From the NCBI GenBank assembly GCA_965113315.1, contig OZ220365.1: a stretch of DNA of 64,000 bases; one strand, given 5' to 3'. The notes below the pieces were generated by a model. That model was given only the letters and a program-made list of their open reading frames with translations. It did not search any database and was not told the origin of the DNA. A program made the translations under genes and the position numbers. Positions 51,728 through 62,900 of the stretch are shown one piece after another (within the stretch, counting starts at the first letter, position 1; every line of letters begins with the position of its first letter). This DNA is from Podarcis vaucheri (lineage: Eukaryota).

Positions 51728-54700
51728 CACAGCACAGGGGGCATTTTTAAAATTAAACCCCCTCCCCTTTTTTCTTTCCACCCTGAGCTGCTGTAGAAGG
51801 AAAATCATATGGGCACGATACTGACCTATGCATAGGTATTTTTCCTTGTGACTAGTTCAGATGTAGAGACAAACCTTGGTTTGCTGTTACATGTACAAAC
51901 CAGGGCAATCATCAAATTCACATGTTTTCCCCTCTTCCATTTCCCTCCCCTTTATGCATTGGAGGAACAAATGTAAAGCTTTAGTTGTAGTTTGTAACAA
52001 ACACGTTAGTGCAAATTATCAAATGCTGGTTTGGATGCCTCACGTTCTCAGTTTTTGATGGAACAGGAAATCATGGTTTGTTACAAACCGATAATGAAGA
52101 CTTCACATTTCTACCACTTCACGTTTGAAGTGGGGGAAAGGAGACGAGGAGCACATGATCCTGAGACTTGCTGCTGGTCATTCACATAATGAAAAACCAT
52201 GACTTTTTGTTGCATCTGTTCAAGACCTATATGCCAGTAAAATGAGGAGGCATCAGTAGATCAAGAGAACGTCCGCTGAAAGAGTTTGGTCATTAATGAT
52301 ACATTTAGCTCAGACAAAATGTGAGATGGTGACATTCAAACCAAAAGGGGGGGGGGGCTAAGCTTTTTTTGGCAAGGTCCTTTGTAGTTTGGACAAAAGA
52401 TTCACTTGGTAGATTCTATACATTTTAATTTGCTGATATGTCATGGTAGTTGACATGAAATTTGTCTCCAATAGAAGCATGTCTATAATTGAATATCTTC
52501 ACATTTTATGGCTGCTAGCTTCCTAACCATCTATTGATAAGGTTCAGGTTATAGTTCAGGTACACTGGGTGTGTAATAGGAGGGCTAAAATTAGCTGATG
52601 ATTTTTCAAGCGCATTGTTTAAAAGAAAAGTGGTTAAACAGTGCTAGGAACAGAAATGTTAAAAGTAGTTTATCTAAAATTTTAACATTTCTTTTTCCCC
52701 TCATCACTGTACAATATGTATATGTCAGTTTTTGATCAACAGATCAATTCTAGAAAGATTGCTAATTGCTTATTTCAAAATATAAAACCGCAAAATATAT
52801 AATCAAAATAAAAACAACAACCCAATAACCCCCCCCAAAGAACCACTTTTTAAAAGGGCATAGGATGTTAATCAAATCAACCAAAGGCCTGATTAAAAAG
52901 GAACGTTTCTGCCTGGCACCTAAAATGTGTATAATGAAGGCGCCAAGCAAACCTTCCTGGGGCGAGCATTCCACAGACGGGGTGCCACTGCAGAGAAGGC
53001 CTGTTCTCATGTTGCCATCCATAACTTATCTGATGGTGATTTGATTCTATTCAGTGAGCAACATCCCACATATTCCAAAATTATCATATTTCATCACTGG
53101 CCTTGCTAAATTTTATCTGCTCAGCAGATCTTTGGATCATTTGTAAATTGTAAATGAGGTTCCCGTTTCACTGCTTTGGATCACATGCATTGCTTGTAAA
53201 GATAGAATAACTAACTACCTGTTGGAACAAGGATGAGGACCCTCATGCCTGGGCGGGGGAGACCAAAGCAGCCCTCCAGCCCTCTCTGCCTGGCCCTTTG
53301 CATTCACCCCAGGTCACAGTCAACCTTACTTTATACCCACTTTGAGTGTTTTTGCTTGGCTGGATTGTGTTCTTGAACTCTGATAGTGCCTCTTAGTATC
53401 CTGGATGAGAGTATGGAGTGGAGTGTGTAAGTGTGTGTAGAATCAAGCCTGCTATATGAAGGTAAACTGTAGATTAGTTGCCTTACCCACTTTGCCTCTG
53501 GGCTTGCTCACTATTGTGGACTACAGTCTGGAAAAAGGGTTCCCCATCTCTGCATTAGAAACTGCATTGCACGTTGGACCATGGTAAAATGTTAAGAGGC
53601 AGGACAACACCGTAACATTATGCCCAATTACTTTTTAGACTTTGTTTTTTGTTTTTTAAAAAAAGACTATCTTTGACCAGAGGGTCCCAGCAACGTGCTT
53701 ATTTCTATATTTCAGCTTTCATTACTTGGCTTTAATTCCTAACCTAAAAGCCACCAGTTTCTTAGTCTTTATCTTGCATTGTCTCCAGTATGACATTATG
53801 TCTGGAAGACACTTGAAGAAGCAGTGCGCACTCCAAAAAGATGTGGATCTTTCCCACTAAATGGAACTAAGCAGGCTAGTTCCTAGATTTTATTGGGGTG
53901 GGAGAGGTGCTCTTTGATATATTGACATGCACATGTATGCATGCTCTTAAATGGAATACCTGCTGCCAAGTTGGAGGTGAAGTGTGAACACAACTGCTCA
54001 GGCATAGCTGATGTATGATCCCCGGTAGTAGTTCACACCTCATTAATGGGGAGTGAAGTGGCCTTTGCTATCCAATGTTATGAAATGTCCTTGAATGTTA
54101 TGAAAATCTGGCTCCCTCTGCTGCATTTTTACCCATCTTGAGTCATAGATATGGCACCGGGAGAGTGTTTGAATATCATCCTCTGAGCTTCCTCTAAAGA
54201 CCTTCAGATATCTTGAGAATTTTAATAAATCATTTGACTCATACATTCCAGAAGGATAGCCAGATCACAATATCTGTTATCTCAAAAACAACAAAGAGAT
54301 TTGTGGCACTTTAAAGACTAACAGTACAATTCTAGGCATGACCCAATGTAACTTATTCGCAGGTAGGTATTAGAGGATTGCAACAAATATGTGACAATAA
54401 TTTGGTTAGTTCTTAAGACACCACAAGATTCTCCATCGATGCCCCAATTGTAGGTTTTCTGGGGATAAAAATGTTTGACAACTCTTATATTCAGAAATGG
54501 AGAAGTGCACAAAAAGTTGTCGCAGTGGAAAAACCCAGCAGAAAATTCTAAATTATTTGAACAGGCAACAACTGTGTTGTGTGAGGGTTATGTTCCTGAC
54601 CCCCGTGCACATCAGTGGGGTGTGCATAAGCCCACTCTGCCCCATTATGCCTCTGCCCCCCCCCCTTTCAGACCATTTCCAGGTTGTGGTGATGCACATG

Positions 54701-56890
54701 TTCACAGTTATGCACATATTGGACAAGCATGAAACAGTTGTTGCCTGTAATACTTACAATTTTATTCAGTAGCAAATATACAGTACTTAGTGGCATTCAC
54801 AGATCAATTATTATTATGTTGCACCTACTATGAGGCTATGCTATAGCATTACTTGGACTACTATTTCACCTGATGTTCTTATTCTTATTCAATATGTTTA
54901 CAGGCCCTATTTGACTGGGTGGATATCGCTGGTAGTAAATTAGCTGCGATGTCACCAGTTGGAACAGACCTAGAAACAGTAAAACAACAGACAGAAGAAA
55001 TGAAGGTATGAAACAGTAGCTTCTTATGGATGTACAACTTTCTGTTAGTGTTAGTGTTCCAAATCACTTTGCATTCAGTCTGTAACAAAAAGTAAATTAT
55101 TTTTGTATGGGCATGTTGTTTAAAAATCTACAGCCTTTCTGAGTCTGAAAGTAATATGACATCAGTTTCCTCTCCGAGTTAATTGTGGATTTTTTTCAAG
55201 AGCGGTTATTTTTTCATCACTGCGTCAATTCCTTTTATGAGACCCAGCTTCCCTTTTAGAATGTGCACAAGTTCCTGCAAAGCCTGTCATTCTTCATACC
55301 ATGGATTAGTCCTAAACATTCATAGATCTCTTCATTTCCACCGCAGCCCACTGGACTATAAAGCAAAATCCCCAGCCAACTCTAAAAGCAATATTTGGAA
55401 TGGAAATATGACTCATTCTTTTCATAATACCTGGATGCTGCTGTGTGCTTTGCACAGGAAGCAGAGATGGTATAGGATATCCTGTTTTAGGGCACAGGAT
55501 TAGACTGGATGAATCCACTCCAGCCCTGTTATTGTATGTGCAAAGCAGGGCTTCAGTATGTTGGGAAATTAAACAGGAAATTTAACAGCCAATATTTAAG
55601 CCCTGTCTCTCAGCAGGGGTTGGAGATTGAAAATTAGGGTTAAGAAATTACTTCTAAAAATGAAAGCGGGGATTAAGAGATCATCAAAACAGGGCAGAGT
55701 GGTGATAGTGATGCATCACCTTGACCCATGGGTATACAGTAACAGGGGTGAGGGGGAAGCCCTTCTACATTTCTCACTTCTCTCTTATTGAATCAGTGTG
55801 TATCTTTGGTAAAAGATGTTAGTCTGGATAGGGAATAGGATTTTGTGAATGGGTCACAGCAGGGAGGCTTCAGAGAGTGTTGGCTGGCCGCCCAATGACT
55901 TGCAGAGTGTGCTGAGGGCAGAAAGAAGTTATAGATGAATCCTTCTGCCTTGAATCTTCAACAAGCTTTGGGTGTGCAAAGGATTCCCTTCCTCTTCTCT
56001 GTCTGGCTCATCTAGTTTTGCATAGCTGTTCTTGGTTTGTGGGTCCCTGTACTTAACAGGTTTAACAGCCTTCTCAATAAGCATGTTTTTAAAGCTCTGA
56101 AGAAATGCCTTTTGACAAAAGAGAAAGCATTTGTTAACATCAACCACTGACATTCAAAACTCATGATATAGAGTTTGTCTTTTTCACAACCAAAATTAAT
56201 ATCAGATGAAAAAAATTCTCCGTTGGGTGGTTTTTCTTCCTCCATGCTTTTTGCAAACACTGTAGGGATATTTTGAATAAGGATGTATTATGGACATGTC
56301 CACATGGCTATCTGCCTTGAGCTCCATGCTGCTGTGTGCATTTGGAAACCGGGATATGACCCCTGGAACGGCTGTTGCCATTTCCTCTAAGGCTAGCAAC
56401 ATTCCTCCAGCAACAGAAATTCTGTGTATCCCATAAGTCATGCAGTTGGTGGGGAAACTAATGTCGCTAAAGCCTCGAGCACATTCTCACATTGGTGATT
56501 GGTTGCTGAAGTGTCTTTCTTCCACATCTCTGCATTTATTTATAATTACATCTAATTCAGAAATGTAATGATGTTAACAAAAGGCATGCCCAGAACTGTG
56601 ACTCATGTAAAAATACAAGGGGTAGACGCTTCTGGATTCAGCTAATTTATTTATTACATTGATTAGTTACTCCATAACCACATGAGTGTCAAACAATTAA
56701 AAGAATTTAAAGTATAAATCCAATAAAACATGAAATAAAACCACCAAAAATTGTAGAGAACAACAGCCATGTCAGAGCAGACTGGGTCAACAGTCAGGGA
56801 AATATAAGAACGAACAAGAGAGAGCCACAAAATATTGCTGTATAGGTAAAACTATACTCTAACCCTCAATGAATGCCGACATTAATATCT

Positions 56891-56921
<31 letters not shown>

Positions 56922-59900
56922 TTGTCGCAGCCAACAAGCTATGTTTCTCACCTCTCTTTCCAATGCCATGCTGCTTACCAAGAGGGGTAGGGTGAATGCA
57001 ACAAGAGCTCGACATGGTGCAGAAGCAGTGGTGGACCCAGTCTCATGCTCCCACTGCTGTACCCACACCTGTTGCCTTGGCTCTGCTACTGTCCCTCTTG
57101 GTAAGCAGCAGCAATGGATGGCATTGGGAAGACAGGAAGCAAACACTCAGGTGCAACAGCTGCTACTGCATGCACGTGCGCGCACACAAAAACTGATTTT
57201 TAAATTTGTTTTAAAAGTTCCTGCTTTTGCATGCTGGATGCGCGTTTTTTTCTGGTGCAAGAGTGGAGCGTGCCTTCTGTGTTAATTTGGGGAAAACACA
57301 TGCCTTGGTTATTGGAAATCCAGGGGCAGAAATATCCGGTGTGACCTATTTGGCAATTTTGAAATAAGGACAGAGCATCCTACTAAGCACTCTTCTCTGG
57401 GTGATATTCATTGTTGACTATTGTCTTCCTTGGTTTCCACAGCAATTTAAGAAAGAAGCCTATCAGCAGCAGATTGAAATGGAACGGCTGAACCACCAAG
57501 CAGAGCTGTTGTTGAAGAAGGTGACAGAGGAGAGTGATAAGCACACCGTACAAGACCCCTTGTCTGAACTTAAGCTGTTGTGGGAAAGTCTGGAGGATAA
57601 AATTGTTAGCCGCCAGGTAAATGGAAACTGAAAGGGTAATATTCTGCCTTATGTTGCCATGAAATGCATGTTGTCTGGCACTCGTGCTCTGAAATTTCAA
57701 TAGCAACAGTTTCTACGTGGAAACTCACTTGTGTGTCAAAGTTTATTGCATGAGCTAGGGAAGAAGTTCTCAAAACTGTGGGCTCTCATTCAGGTAGTCC
57801 ATAGCAGGTCGGCATCAAATACTCATATTACTTTTTAACAGTTTTTTATTTATTATTTTCAGTTAACATATTGCATTGTATTTTTAGTGTAGTACAATTT
57901 GAATTGATTGGAATGCAAATTGTAATACGGCAAAATACAATACATTGGAAATAACTTTCTGACAGTAAGAGCTGTTCGACAGTGAAACGGACTCCCTCAG
58001 AAGGTGGTGGACTCTCCTTCCTTGGAGGTTTTTAAGTAGGTTGGATGGCCCTCTGTCATGGATGCTTTAGCTGAGATTCCTGATTTGCAGGAGGTTGGAC
58101 TAGATGACCCTCAGGGTCCCTTCCACCTCTACAGTTCTATGAAATACAAAAGCAATAAAAATATCACTTAAAATCATACAGCATCTAGCACGTTACATTA
58201 CAGTTGCTATAACAGACAGAAAAATCATGGAATGGCCCACCAAGGCCATCAACATTTTTTAGTGGTCATGGGAGGGAAAGAGGTTTGGAAACCCTGAGCT
58301 TAGGGGATTTTCTGCGCTGGTATGGAAATGCAATGCAAACTTTAAATTGGGCTATATTTTAGGGTAGCATGGTCAAAATCTTCCGATCCACAAATTGAGC
58401 CACTACAGAAGAGCAATTTGACCCGAGGAGACAGCTGCCACATGGAGCAGTTTCCAATAAGCTTCCGGGCAGCAGATGTTTCCTGCAAATCTGGCTGTTG
58501 TTGTAGCTATGAAGCTAGAAGCTGTACACTGTAGTTATTTTTATTTATTTCTATGGGTTCACCAAAGTGCATTAGCAAAAAATATTCTAGTCCTGCCCCA
58601 AGCAGATGGCAGGAGGACCTATTCCAGTGTGTTTAGGGTCAGTGGTTTATTGTAAGTTGCTGCACCACAATATTAAATCAGACATATGAGGTACATGGGG
58701 AGAGACTGGTGGTGGAGCTCCATTTTCAAATTCTGACCCAAACACGAAGCTCACTGGTTGGTGTTGAGCAACTCTGTCTCTTTGACTAACTATCCAAGTT
58801 CCTTGGATGATAAAATGATGCCTTTTATATTACAGCTCACCCTGGGATGGATTTCTAAAAATAAATAATTGCAAAAGAACTTTTAACTTTGTGTCCCCTG
58901 TCTAGAATTGTTTTCAGATAATGTTGCTGTATTCAAGCACATTACATAAAATTGGGATGGCATCTCTTACTCCAGGAGCAGTTGGTGACAAGGGGGCGGG
59001 GGCGGCGCTTTGCCTCTGACATCCTGGCAGTGGATTTGCTGCTGCTCACCAGGAGGGTGCAGGAGAAGGTGGTGGGGAAGTTGAGTGTTGGGTGGACATG
59101 TTGGTGGGAGTGCTAGATAGGCTCTGCTGTTCAACCTGCACAGTGTTGTGCAGCTGCTGGCTGCCTCACCTCTCAATAGTTGGAAGCAGCTCCACTGCCA
59201 GGAGGCCAGGTGTATAGTGACGCACCTCCTCGCTGACCACTCTTGCCTTATTGCAATCATTCATTTGAGGCTTGATGCAACTAAGGACATTTTAAATCAC
59301 TTGTGGCCTTAACATAAAGTAATAATTCCATCCATTCCCCCCCCTTTTTTTTACAGCATAAGCTGGAAGGCGCTTTGTTGGCTTTGGGGCAGTTCCAACA
59401 TGCCCTGGATGAGTTGCTCGCATGGCTCACCCATACAGAGGACCTGCTGAATGAACAGAAACCTGTGGGTGGTGACCCCAAGGCTATTGAAATTGAGCTG
59501 GCCAAACATCATGTACGTAACTGATAATTCTGAGATTAACTGCTTTAGATATATCTAGATCCTTTTTATGGAAACATTTGCAAAGAGCATTTTCGTACAT
59601 CACCAAATCATGATTTCAAAGGATGCAAGCCCAAAGATAAATTTGTATTACAAAACATAATTGCTAACGTATAGATATTGCTGTTTCCTCCCTTCTTTAC
59701 GTTTCCCAGTCATGGATGGTTCAGAACATCTCATTGGTTAAAAAAAAAACGTATTCTTGGCAAAGCATCACATACCTGTCGTGGCTTAATAAATGAATTG
59801 CAGGTACAGAAAGGGTTCAGCTAACACTCACTCTTAAGTACTTCCTGCTCATTTAAGTCTTCCATGCTAGAGAGTACTTCCTCTTTGATCATCAAAAAAT

Positions 59901-62900
59901 TCAGGAACTTGGCAAGCAGTTGCCATTGTCCTAAAAGAGTGGAGGGGAGAAAAAGTGGCACCTGTTTCTGTAATGAAAGTTTGACTTTTTCGAATTGATG
60001 GACATTTATTTAAAACAATGAATAATAAATCTTTTTCCATGTTTGAATTGTAACACAGAAGTGAGAGTATATTCAAACATAGTTCTCACTTCACTAAATC
60101 ACATCATACACAGTAAGTTTCCCTTTCCTGCACTATGAAGACCATTATGGTGATATAATTTCGTTTCTCTTACCCCAAATCTGAATGTTACACATCCACT
60201 TAATGATTCCTGCAACAAACATCCATTTCCACTATTTTCATATGGCAAATTCTCTTTATTCGTCCATTGGCTTAAATACCAATGTTTCTTCAAACTCCCT
60301 AAAAAATTGATTTGGCAACCATCCCTGAGATGTAACGTCCATTCTCACAGGGTTCAGCATATAGGAAGATTTGGATAGCTTGGCATAACTTCATGAAGAA
60401 ATTAGCAGAATGTTACATAACACCCCTGAACCCATATACTTTGAGCCTTGATGCACTCCCCATGCTTTGGCCACTTAGCCATCCTTAGAGGTCCTAAATA
60501 GGAGGAGCTATCCATGGGGACAGGCAGTTGCACCTCTCTCTTGACTGAACCATAATCCTCAAACTCAAAGCTTTCATTTTTTTAAATAGCAGGTTTCTAT
60601 AATGAATAGGATAATAGGAGGAGCACAATAGGAGATGAAATATGCAGACAGAGTATTCTACTACATGGGGAGAAATTAGGCTGCTCCCCCACCTTCATTG
60701 TTGGCTGCCAACCAAGATGGCTTTAAAATAGGATTAGAAAAAATGCATGGAGAAGAGAGCTGTCGATTGCTACTAACCATGAACAATATGCCTGCACAGT
60801 TGGACTCATCAGTGCTTCTGAATACCAGTGGCTGGAAAGCACAGGAGATGGGGAGTGTTCTCGTGCTCAGGTCCTGCTTGTGCATTTCCCAGAAGCAATT
60901 GATTGGCCACTGTGAGAACCGGATGCTGGACTAGATGGGCCATTGGCATGATGCAGCAGGTCCCCCCTCCCTCAAATAATTCTTGTGAATGCCCATGCCT
61001 CCTAGTTAAGTTAATGGGATGCTATCATGTCTGGATTCCCTTTGTATCAACCACTACAGTAATGTTGTAAGAAATACTTTCCTATTAGGAGAGTATAAAC
61101 AGTTATGAAAGTAAAGAAAAAAGGTTAAATTTAGTCATAGCTGCTTTTACAACTAGAGCACACTAAAATACGTAATGATTTTTGGTAGTAAAGATAATGC
61201 TGTTAGGTCAGGGATAATTGTAAACTATTAATGATAGTCCCATTCCCTTAGGCAGACTCTAAATCCTGTATGTTCTACAGTGGTGCCTCGCAAGACGAAA
61301 TTAATCCGTTCCGCGAGTCTCTTCGTCTTGCGTTTTTTTCGTCTTGCGAAGCACGGCTATTAGCGGCTATTAACGGCTTAGCGGCTATTAACGGCTTAGC
61401 GGCTTTAAGAAAAAGGAAACAAACTCGCAAGAACTCGCAAGACGTTTCGTCTTGGGAAGCAAGCCCATAGGGAAATTCGTCTTGCGGAACGACTCAAAAA
61501 ACGGAAAACTCTTTCGTCTTGCGCGTTTTTCGTCTTGCGAGGTACCACTGTATTATTAAATACTGCCCGCAAAGTTTTTTTACTGAAATTATTATGTTGC
61601 TACTTTAGTACAACTGAGTGAAATTAGCGTTTTTAAAATACAGCGAGGCATGACATGTTTGTAACTGCAGGTGCTGCAAAATGATGTCTTGGCTCACCAG
61701 TCCACTGTGGAAACAGTTAAGAAAGCAGGAAATGACCTTATTCAGTCAAGTGCTGTTGAAGAAGCGAGCAATCTGCAAAGCAAGCTGGAACTTCTGAATC
61801 AGCGGTGGCAAAATGTCTTGGAAAAAACAGAAAAGAGGAAGCTGCAGCTGGACAGTGCTTTGATCCAGGTGTGTATGAGAAACTGAACAAAAGGGAAATA
61901 AACTTGCATTCAATTAATATATTTGAGCACATTTCAGCCAGTGTTAGGTTCTTTTACAGTCCTACTGATTTCCACAGGAGAATTGGGAACCCAGTTAGTT
62001 AGCTTTCTGTCATTGAAATTGTAGGACTCAGAAATGGATAACTTTGGCTGGATTGTGCCCTTGGAGAACTAGCAATAATTTGAAGTATCAAGCTATAGAT
62101 CATAACTATCACTGAGCGTGAGTTTGTGTGCTTAAGTACCCATTTGAACAGCAGTTTTTCTCTGTGCCTTACTGTAATTAAAATTTGCAGTCGTATTTAC
62201 TGTATGGGACGCGGGTGGCGCTGTGGGCTAAAGCCTCAACGCCTAGGGCTTGCCGATCGAAAGGTCGGCAGTTCGAATCCCCGCGGCGGGGTGCGCTCCC
62301 GCTGTTCGGTCCCAGCGCCTGCCCACCTAGCAGTTCGAAAGCACCCCCGGGTGCAAGTAGATAAATAGGTACCGCTTACCAGCGGGAAGGTAAACGGCGT
62401 TCCGTGTGCGGCTCTGGCTCGCCAGAGCAGCGATGTCACGCTGGCCACGTGACCCGGAAGTGTCCCCGGACAGCGCTGGCCCCCGGCCAATAAATGTGAG
62501 ATGGGCGCACAAACCCCACAGTCTGTCAAGACTGGCCCGTTCGGGCAGGGGTACCTTTACCTTACTGTATGGATGATTTTAGAAAATGCATTTCCAATTG
62601 GAATTATTTGAAATATAAAATATAATTAGCAAACACCCACATCTATATATCTCCATTAAATGTTTCATACAAGTGATGAAATGTTTGTGGGTCTTTCTTT
62701 CTTTCCTTCCTTCCTTCCTTCCTTCCTTCCTTCTTCTTTTTTTCACATTTTACCTTGTTTCATTATATGGACAAAAATTTGCAGTTTTTACTCCAGAGGA
62801 TATCCCTGGTTTAGTAGCATTTCTTTTTTGAGTACCCCCTCCCCCTTAAGTCTGATTTCATAGGCTCAACATTTACAACCCCTTAGCTGATGTAGCATGT

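Noticed and set aside
56869-57285. 138-aa ORF with CVCVCV
   Set aside because: Derived from a dinucleotide microsatellite and low-complexity intron sequence
61278-61550. CRISPR-like repeat array (recurrent TTCGTCTTGCG)
   Set aside because: Repeats are short, irregularly spaced, in both orientations and enclosed by TIRs with a TA TSD in a vertebrate intron; no cas genes
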